A stretch of DNA of 64,000 nucleotides from Oligoflexales bacterium (GTDB lineage: Bacteria > Bdellovibrionota_B > Oligoflexia > Oligoflexales > JALZUQ01): NCBI GenBank assembly GCA_023301465.1, contig JALZUQ010000013.1, positions 3,286 through 67,285 of the forward strand. Reading direction: 5' to 3'. Both the position numbers and the translations under genes were made by a program. The notes under the pieces are model-generated. The model did not search any database. It worked only from the letters and a program-made list of their open reading frames with translations, and had not been told where the DNA came from. Positions 19,745-26,873 of this stretch are shown in pieces (position 1 is the stretch's first letter; each line of letters starts with the position of its first letter).

Positions 19745-19943
19745 TTTGAAAGGCGACGAAAAATTGAAATTTTTTGCTTGTTTTTCTAAGAATTTCTGCT
19801 GAAATTAGATCTGTGGTTGGGCAATTTTAACATACATCGCTGTGAGTGTTCCTTTGTCGAAATATCCAATGTCTCAAGTTGAGTAAATATGCTCTGAAAT
19901 GCTCTTCAGTCGGGCACTTATCATAATGGAAATTTTTGGCAAC
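19745..19943 (-). mobile_element. Possible remnant of an IS1595-type transposase N-terminus (zinc-ribbon region), degraded
   Basis: The reverse frame reads VAKNFHYDKCPTEEHFRAYLLNLRHWIFRQRNTHSDVC*NCPTTDL. It resembles the F-P-T-E-E-x-C-x-x-Y-L-x-x-x-R-W-P-x-G-x-x-C-P-x-C-G opening of IS1595/ISXO2-like transposases. There is no start codon, an in-frame stop, and no catalytic domain. Confidence 0.25.
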
Positions 19944-20061
19944 CTACACAAAATACTTAATTAGATCTAATCAGATAAGAGGCATGCAAGGGCACGCACC
20001 TTGGGAAAAATCAGTCCAATTGTATGTTATACTTAAAAGCTAACTACTTGAGTTGGACTGC

Positions 20062-20649
20062 ATGAAACGCTTAGCTTTTAGTCTGATGCTATTATTTTTG
20101 ATTATAGAGATTGCAACGGCATCTAATTGCACTGACCTTATTGTTGCTCTTCATAAAAATGAAAATAATAATGCCATTGAGAATATTGCAATCTCTATTC
20201 ACGAAGGCAAAGTAAGAGGTACTCATTTTAAAAAAGGTTCTATAGATATATACGCATTAGATGGAAAGGCACCATCAGAATTCAACGAAGAATTACAAGA
20301 TCTTGAGGCTCAAGCGAGAAACGATGGTTACATAACAGATTTTCCAAACCAGCTTAAACTCAAGGCCGAAGCAGCTATTATATGCATATCAACGTTTTGC
20401 ATGTTGCTTTCTAAAGACCCCGTCACTGTGATGTTATCTGCAACTACCATAGTGATATCTGCTGGCTCTCTTGTAGAAAAGAAGCTAGCTTCAGACGCTG
20501 TAGCATTTAAAGTGTTCGCGGATACAGTTACAAAACTATCTGAAAACGATACTGAAATCGATATTGTTGTGGGCTACAATGGTGCATTGCACTGGAATAA
20601 GGTAATTTACTATTTAGAAGGCCAAGGTTTCGAAGAAGTAAAAAATTGA
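20062..20649 (+). CDS. Hypothetical exported protein
   Basis: ATG 20062 gives MKRLAFSLMLLFLIIEIATA (signal peptide). It has an internal hydrophobic segment and no recognisable motif. Confidence 0.45.
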   Translation: MKRLAFSLMLLFLIIEIATASNCTDLIVALHKNENNNAIENIAISIHEGKVRGTHFKKGSIDIYALDGKAPSEFNEELQDLEAQARNDGYITDFPNQLKLKAEAAIICISTFCMLLSKDPVTVMLSATTIVISAGSLVEKKLASDAVAFKVFADTVTKLSENDTEIDIVVGYNGALHWNKVIYYLEGQGFEEVKN

Positions 20650-20890
20650 CCCACTTTTATTTGGTAAAATACTCAGTCTAATTGATTAAAAATAACCAGC
20701 AGTCTGGCCAGTTTTTCGGCTTTTTTACAAGTCGTATTGCAACCTATTGAAATTTTGATGCTTACTTGCAAATTGTCATTCATTTTAATGTGTGCTGTTG
20801 AACCATTCAAAGTTTGACTTTTGAAGCCTGCAAAGTCTTTGACAGTCAAAAACTAAATTCTTCACTTCAAACAACTTATGGAATTTCATC

Positions 20891-21475
20891 ATGAAAAAAA
20901 ATTATCTCTTATTTATTATGACAATAGTTCTTTTGTTTAGTTGTTCTGCATACGCTTCTGACGTTAACAAGTGCCACGGAAATTTCCAAGGAGTTAAAGG
21001 AGTATCAAAGCCAGATCTTATCAATCTGGTAGATGCTTTAGGCGGAATAAAAGGTGTAAAAGGATTTCTAAAATTAACTAAGACTAAATTCCTGAAACTT
21101 ACAAACCTTCAAAGTGAGAAATTAAATGCCTATCCTCATAAAAAATCGAAAACCAAAGGTGTTTATTGGAAAAAAAACAAATTAGGTAAGAGAAAAACAG
21201 CAAATATTCTAGCAGATGATAAAGTAATCGCCATGAAAAGAAAAAGATTTACCTTACTAGACATAAATTTCAAAATAGGAACATACCCAGATCGTGGTGG
21301 AAGTGCACAATTTGAATGGATTTCAATTATAGCCAAACATGAGGGAGTGTCTAATTTAATTGAAGATTACAATATTCCTAGAAACATCAAAGGTTTCAGC
21401 AATGGTAAAGACTCTTTGTATTTAGTGGACCCTGCCACTGGCGAATCTTTTGAATTTAAACTTTGCAAAAAGTAA
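20891..21475 (+). CDS. Hypothetical Lys-rich lipoprotein
   Basis: 194 aa with lipobox LLFSC. I recognise no family. Confidence 0.5.
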   Translation: MKKNYLLFIMTIVLLFSCSAYASDVNKCHGNFQGVKGVSKPDLINLVDALGGIKGVKGFLKLTKTKFLKLTNLQSEKLNAYPHKKSKTKGVYWKKNKLGKRKTANILADDKVIAMKRKRFTLLDINFKIGTYPDRGGSAQFEWISIIAKHEGVSNLIEDYNIPRNIKGFSNGKDSLYLVDPATGESFEFKLCKK

Positions 21476-21951
21476 TATTTTATTTCGAAGCAGTTAAGCC
21501 CAAAGAAACTCCATCATCGAGTTTAGTGGCGATAGGTTTTGAGGTAAACTTAACTCTAAACAGGCTAAGGTTTAGGTTCAATTCAGATTCAGATTCAGCA
21601 AGCTTCATACCCGATACTATTTGTTAAGCCATAACCACATACAACACTATGTGTTTGGAATGCTTGTGCATTAGTAGAACTTTCATCTAAACGAATCCTA
21701 CAAGCAAGTGAAACACTTAAAATCACTCCAACTACAATAAACAAAGATGTTTTTTTCAGAGTTATATATGATTAGAATCGTTGTGTTTTGATCAAATGTT
21801 GAGTTTTTTGGTTTAGATGTCTATTAAAGTTAGGCAAAAATTGCCGGCGTAAAATATTAGCAGCTTCACAGCAAAGCATTCTCAAGGGATAATAGATTAT
21901 ATAAAAGCTTGTTTTGAGCTTTGAAGTGTAAACTAATTATGTTGAGACTCC

Positions 21952-23595
21952 ATGCAAATAAAATTCTACATCCTAGCTCTACTGTCGTTGTCGTTTATGA
22001 CTCAACCTATTCTTGCAAAAAAAAAGAAGTTTAGTGTTCGTTCTGAATATAAAAAAGGACGCAAACTTTATCTTGGTAAAAAATACTTAAACGCAAGTTA
22101 TGTCCTTGCAAATATTTTAAAAAAATACCCTTCCCATGAACCTTCAGCAATTTTGTTAGCTAGAATTTATTACCGTGTTAAAAATTATAAGTCTGCTGGT
22201 CAATTATTTGAGAAAATGACAATACAAAACCTTGAACCCATTGAAAAATATGAATATGGCCATGTGTTCTCTCACTTAAATAATTATGATAGATGTTACG
22301 CAGCATTTTCGTCCATCAATAAAGAGCACCCTGTACATGACCTCGCACAGTTCTATGCAGCCATTTGTTCCATAAGGCTTAAAAATTACGTCAACGCTGA
22401 GTATTCGTTGAGACACTCTGTTGTTTTGCCTTCAAGACTTGCAAAAAGAAGGAAACTTTACTTAAAACATGTACGTTCCATCCTTCTCAACAAGGAAAAA
22501 GCACTGCTTAAAAAAGTTGAGAAAAGAGCCCTTAGGCAAATGAGAGCCAACTTAAAAAAAGATCTAAAAGATGAAAAGATTTTACCACCTATGGTAACCG
22601 TTACTAATTCTAAATCCAGTAACAATGTAAAAGAACCCCCTCACGCCCCTATCCACTTTGGGTTTCATTTTATTCATCAAACCTCAAAATACGAAAACGC
22701 TGCGGATATCTCTGAAACCCCAAGTATCTTTCGTTTTAGATACCTAGATGGCCCTTCATTCAAACTACCTTCAAGCAAGAAAAACACCGTCGAAGCAGGC
22801 TTACACGGCGGCATTGGCATTGACTACAGTACATCCGTTGGGCTTATTAGAGACCATGGTTTTGAAAACAAGTATACTCAATATCATAGCCTTTTTAACT
22901 TATATAAAGATAATGCAGCAACTCTTAGCTTAAGGGTTCTTCCATTCATCAAAGCAACTCTTCTAAAAAAGTACAAACTATATTTAGGTTTTGAATATGA
23001 AAGAGTTTTTCCTGAAGTTGTTTTCACTAATCTAAGCGGAACACACCAACTTATCTCAAAACTAGAAACTGAAGATAAGCATTGGCTATTATCGTTAGAT
23101 TTTAACTCAAGATGGCTGAGAAACGATGATAATCAGACATTTATTTGGTTTAATCATTTTCATATCCATGGTGGGTGGAAATTTTCGGAAAGCTTTCGTG
23201 TCTTGGCTGGACTGAAAGCAGACTTCTTTGATTACTTTGAAAATCAAATTGATGGGCCTGAAAGAGTATTTATCGTCAACATTGCTGCAGAACAAGATTT
23301 TCCTTTTAACACTATGTTAAATGCAAGTCTTTTTGCAGGTGTCATGCAAGAAAACCTCACATACGATATTGCACCCACTGAAGTGAAAAGCGAAGGCACT
23401 AAGTATGGCATTCAAATAAGTGGCTCATTATCTCCAGCACCATGGTTAAAAGTAGAAGCGAATCACCGTCGTTCATTAATTGAATGGACTACAACGGATT
23501 TAAACAACCCTGCTGTTCTAGAGAAGTTTTTAGAATCAACTTCCAACAATATTATTCAAACTGAAATGAAGATAATTTTAAACTTAATTTTCTAA
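21952..23595 (+). CDS. Putative outer-membrane protein: N-terminal TPR-like region plus C-terminal beta-barrel-like region
   Basis: 547 aa with signal peptide (LSFMTQPILA). TPR-like helices are present (LYLGKKYLNASYVLANILKKYPSHEPSAILLARIYYRVKNYKSAGQLF). The C-terminal half has alternating beta-strand patterns and ends in ...ILNLIF, an OMP-type terminal Phe. Confidence 0.5.
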   Translation: MQIKFYILALLSLSFMTQPILAKKKKFSVRSEYKKGRKLYLGKKYLNASYVLANILKKYPSHEPSAILLARIYYRVKNYKSAGQLFEKMTIQNLEPIEKYEYGHVFSHLNNYDRCYAAFSSINKEHPVHDLAQFYAAICSIRLKNYVNAEYSLRHSVVLPSRLAKRRKLYLKHVRSILLNKEKALLKKVEKRALRQMRANLKKDLKDEKILPPMVTVTNSKSSNNVKEPPHAPIHFGFHFIHQTSKYENAADISETPSIFRFRYLDGPSFKLPSSKKNTVEAGLHGGIGIDYSTSVGLIRDHGFENKYTQYHSLFNLYKDNAATLSLRVLPFIKATLLKKYKLYLGFEYERVFPEVVFTNLSGTHQLISKLETEDKHWLLSLDFNSRWLRNDDNQTFIWFNHFHIHGGWKFSESFRVLAGLKADFFDYFENQIDGPERVFIVNIAAEQDFPFNTMLNASLFAGVMQENLTYDIAPTEVKSEGTKYGIQISGSLSPAPWLKVEANHRRSLIEWTTTDLNNPAVLEKFLESTSNNIIQTEMKIILNLIF

Positions 23596-23616
23596 CAAGA
23601 AAGAAGGAATCAAAAA

Positions 23617-24087
23617 ATGTTCGATCAACAATGGATAGAAAACCTCACAAAAGCTGAGTACAAAAACAAAAAGTGGGAATTCCAACAATCTAATGACCCT
23701 GTAGAGGTTATTGCATATCGTCAAAAAACGGTATTAACAAACCTACACTCTAAGTTATGTGAGGTTCTTACTATTTATAATGACCTTGCAAAGGCTGAAC
23801 AGAAAATAAGAATGATGACCAAAGCCATGCCAATACCGTCTATTGTCTTATTAATGCATTCTCTTCAATGTCAGATAATGATGAAAAATGATTCTATACA
23901 CATTAGTATTCACGGAACCAAAAACTATAAAACAGCTCAGTTACAACATTCTCAGTTAAAACCGCATGCTGATAATTTTGGCACAGTTTTATGGCAATAC
24001 TCTAACCAAGTCTTATTAAGTGAGGACATGCTTATTAAACTTGTGTTAGAAGACATGAATAGACTGTATTTTGAAACACATTCATAA
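23617..24087 (+). CDS. Hypothetical protein
   Basis: 156-aa ORF lying 21 nt after the OMP-like gene on the same strand. No recognisable motif. Confidence 0.45.
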   Translation: MFDQQWIENLTKAEYKNKKWEFQQSNDPVEVIAYRQKTVLTNLHSKLCEVLTIYNDLAKAEQKIRMMTKAMPIPSIVLLMHSLQCQIMMKNDSIHISIHGTKNYKTAQLQHSQLKPHADNFGTVLWQYSNQVLLSEDMLIKLVLEDMNRLYFETHS

Positions 24088-24111
24088 AATTGTTTAGCAT
24101 AGGAAGAACCC

Positions 24112-24414
24112 ATGAAAATTTTTTTTCCAAACAAACCAAGTAGCGAAGAAGTCATTACAAAAATTACTGACAAAATGGGAAGCCGAAAAATCGCAGACCT
24201 ACTCTCATTTGACGCCTCTGATAAATCCTTGGAAATTTTGATCAAAAGCATGGGAACTTCAAAGCTAACATTTGACCGAACCGAAGGTAATGACGAAACT
24301 TGCTTCGCACTCTGCAAAGAAAAAATTGCTTTGACACATCGTGCATTTAAAGGTGAGCTCACCAAGAAGCTAGTGACTATTATTGAACAAGCTGGTGGAC
24401 GAGTCGAAGAGTAG
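24112..24414 (+). CDS. Hypothetical small protein
   Basis: 100-aa ORF on the same strand, with GGAAGAA upstream of the ATG. No secure family assignment. Confidence 0.4.
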   Translation: MKIFFPNKPSSEEVITKITDKMGSRKIADLLSFDASDKSLEILIKSMGTSKLTFDRTEGNDETCFALCKEKIALTHRAFKGELTKKLVTIIEQAGGRVEE

Positions 24415-24458
24415 CTTCTCCTTTCTTTCCTTTTTAAACTTCAAGCAAGAGTTACTTT

Positions 24459-24995
24459 ATGAACAATGTCTTTCCCTACCAAGGTACTTCTCCAGAGTTT
24501 GGTAAAGGTGTTTGGTTAGCACCAAGCTGTAATGTTATCGGCCACACAAAAATTGGTGCTAATACTAATATTTGGTTTCAAACAGTGGTTCGCGGGGATG
24601 TAAATACGATTGAAATCGGTGAAAACACAAACATTCAAGATAATACCACCGTACATGTTACCAAAAACGGTGGACCAACATTTATAGGATCTAACGTTAC
24701 CATTGGTCACCAGTGCACCATTCACGCTTGTCATATCAATGACCATTGCTTGATTGGAATGGGCTCAGTATTAATCGACAAAACCATTGTTCCAGAGTTT
24801 ACAATGATTGGAGCAAATTCACTGGTCACCAGAAAATCCGATCTAAAATCTGAATGGCTTCATGTTGGCAACCCTTGTCGCCCTATCAGAAAACTAACCG
24901 ACGCCGAACTCCAATACCTTAAGACTTCAGCAACCGACTATATAAAAACCGCTGAGCATTATGCAAAGGCAGGTATAGGAACCATCTATCCTTAA
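24459..24995 (+). CDS. Gamma-carbonic-anhydrase-like / hexapeptide-repeat (LbH) protein (YrdA/PaaY family)
   Basis: 178 aa. VWLAPSCNVIGHTKIGANTNIWFQTVVRGDVNTIEIGENTNIQDNTTVH is the typical gamma-CA-like left-handed beta-helix signature. Confidence 0.85.
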   Translation: MNNVFPYQGTSPEFGKGVWLAPSCNVIGHTKIGANTNIWFQTVVRGDVNTIEIGENTNIQDNTTVHVTKNGGPTFIGSNVTIGHQCTIHACHINDHCLIGMGSVLIDKTIVPEFTMIGANSLVTRKSDLKSEWLHVGNPCRPIRKLTDAELQYLKTSATDYIKTAEHYAKAGIGTIYP

Positions 24996-25398
24996 TCGCA
25001 GGGTGAGGAATCACTAAATCAGGAAGTTCTACTTTGTGTGGCTTACCCTCAAACCAAGCGTCAATAATGTCTATATCAATCAAACGATTTTCCCAACGCA
25101 CACTTCGTACACGCCCTAGAGATATTTCTACTTTGTGAATGAGCTCTAATAATTGAGAAGGTTCTTTGTCTGATTCCATCAAAATCAATTGATTTAAAAA
25201 GACTCGGTCTGCAACCTCACCGACAGGTTGCGTTCCATATAATGGAGACTCATACTTCATAGATAAACCAGCATGAACCATTTGATTCTTGGCATCTTTC
25301 AGGGTTTTGTGCATATCACCAAGATTACTGCCTAAACCAAGAGCATAAATAAAGGTTTTAGTGCTTTTTTTTGAATCATTTACTGGACCTAGAGCCAT
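24919..25398 (-). CDS. folK: 2-amino-4-hydroxy-6-hydroxymethyldihydropterin pyrophosphokinase
   Basis: 159 aa with YALGLGSNLGD, RWENRLIDIDII and LVIPHPAIKDRWF, which are HPPK motifs. Confidence 0.85.
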   Translation of the reverse strand: MALGPVNDSKKSTKTFIYALGLGSNLGDMHKTLKDAKNQMVHAGLSMKYESPLYGTQPVGEVADRVFLNQLILMESDKEPSQLLELIHKVEISLGRVRSVRWENRLIDIDIIDAWFEGKPHKVELPDLVIPHPAIKDRWFLYLPLHNAQRFLYSRLLKS

Positions 25399-25434
25399 TG
25401 TCTTCCTATATATAAAGTCTCACAAAGGGTCTTT

Positions 25435-25806
25435 ATGTTTAACATGCACATTCAGCGTTATCCAGTTCAGATGAGCTTAGGCGTCTTCTCTGAAGAACGT
25501 CAGCAATATTGCCTAGTGCTTGTAGGACTAAAGTGCACTTACTCATTAAAACAACCAAAAGACCAAATTTCTCAAACTATTAATTATGGTGATGTTGTTG
25601 AACAAATAGATCACCTCCTCAAAAAAAAACATATACAACTCATAGAAACTGCAGTGGAGCAGTTAGGCGAACATATCTTAAGCCACTTTTCATCAATCAG
25701 TACTCTTGAAGTCAGCATTGAAAAAACCTCTTTTCCGAGTAATGTTCTTAAAAGTGGAACTGTCTGTATTTCTAAATCATTTACAAGAACAGGAGGACTT
25801 CAATGA
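25435..25806 (+). CDS. folB: Dihydroneopterin aldolase (FolB-like)
   Basis: 123 aa with a FolB-like pattern (LGVFSEERQ..., INYGDVVEQI, LIETAVEQLGEHIL). It is divergent from folK and coupled to pdxA by an ATGA overlap. Confidence 0.65.
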   Translation: MFNMHIQRYPVQMSLGVFSEERQQYCLVLVGLKCTYSLKQPKDQISQTINYGDVVEQIDHLLKKKHIQLIETAVEQLGEHILSHFSSISTLEVSIEKTSFPSNVLKSGTVCISKSFTRTGGLQ

Positions 25807-26873
25807 TGAACTCTCCAATTATGTATATTAGTTGCGGTGATCCTCTTAGCGTCAATTTTGAGATTCTTTTCAAAACACTTAAGAATCATTCTGAAAAAAA
25901 AATCATCATTGTTGGGTCTTTCAAGCTTTGGGAAGATCAACATCAAAAGCTTGGAGTAAATCCGCAGTTATCACCTGCTTTAATTTCTGAGGATTTTATC
26001 CCAAAAGATACCGGAGTTTATTTTATAGATTTGTTTTCAGGAGAATCATCTATCTTACAGTTTATTCATGAGCCATTATCACCAAACACACAAAAAAGAT
26101 GTGGTGAAATTGCTATGATTAGCCTTGAAAAAGCTGCAGAACTTTCTTACAAAAACCAAGCATCACTTGTAACCCTCCCGGTAAATAAGTACCACTGTTC
26201 TTTGGTTCAAGAAGACTTTAAAGGACAAACCGATTGGCTTGCTGAGAGGTTTGATCAAAAAACCATTATGATTCTCAAAAACCCAGAGTTAACAGTGGCT
26301 TTATGCACAAACCATATCTCTATCCGAGAAGTTCCCAGTGCCATCAAAAAAGAAACCATTCGATCAAAAGCAATGCTTCTCAATAGCTACCTCAAGAGCA
26401 TTGGCATTTTACATCCAAAGATTGGTGTGTGCGGCCTAAACCCACATTGCGGTGATCAAGGAGTGATTGGAGACGAGGACCATGACATTCAATCATGGAT
26501 CCACGAAATCAACCTCGCAGAAGATATTCAATTATTGGGACCCATTGCTGCGGATACACTTTTTCAAAGAAGCTTTCGAGAGAAGCTTGATGGAGTTCTT
26601 GCTATGTATCATGACCAAGGGTTAATCCCAGTAAAAGCACTTTCAGAAGAAAAACGGTGTGTAAACATCACATGGGGTCTCGATTTTTTAAGAATTTCCC
26701 CAGACCATGGACCTGCTGCAGACCTTTACCTAAAAGGCGTAGCACACTCTGGCAGCTTAGAGTATGCATTTGAAAACATTAGCCAAGGCTTTCAATCTAC
26801 CAGTCAAAATATCCACCAGCAATCAGAGAATACACCTAGGCACCTTGCATCAAGTGTGATGGAGAACTCGTAA
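25803..26873 (+). CDS. pdxA: 4-hydroxythreonine-4-phosphate dehydrogenase
   Basis: 356 aa with GLNPHCGDQG, AMYHDQGLIPVK and ISPDHGPA, the PdxA metal and substrate motifs. Confidence 0.9.
   Translation: MMNSPIMYISCGDPLSVNFEILFKTLKNHSEKKIIIVGSFKLWEDQHQKLGVNPQLSPALISEDFIPKDTGVYFIDLFSGESSILQFIHEPLSPNTQKRCGEIAMISLEKAAELSYKNQASLVTLPVNKYHCSLVQEDFKGQTDWLAERFDQKTIMILKNPELTVALCTNHISIREVPSAIKKETIRSKAMLLNSYLKSIGILHPKIGVCGLNPHCGDQGVIGDEDHDIQSWIHEINLAEDIQLLGPIAADTLFQRSFREKLDGVLAMYHDQGLIPVKALSEEKRCVNITWGLDFLRISPDHGPAADLYLKGVAHSGSLEYAFENISQGFQSTSQNIHQQSENTPRHLASSVMENS

Noticed and set aside
20703-20720. TGGCCA-N5-TCGGC resembling a sigma-54 -24/-12 element upstream of the 20891 lipoprotein gene
   Set aside because: The -12 element does not match TTGC (GG instead of GC), and the site is about 170 nt from the start codon. 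It is not supportable.
21581-21597. attcag x3 microsatellite
   Set aside because: It has only three copies, is intergenic, and shows no evident function. This is trivial low-complexity sequence.
21595-21759. 54-codon minus-strand ORF (LKKTSLFIVVGVILSVSLACRIRLDESSTNAQAFQTHSVVCGYGLTNSIGYEAC*) that looks like a lipoprotein signal peptide plus a Cys-containing peptide
   Set aside because: It has no ATG, GTG or TTG start (only CTG or ATA), no Shine-Dalgarno, and a TAA four codons upstream. It may be debris of a former gene, so I did not call it as a CDS.
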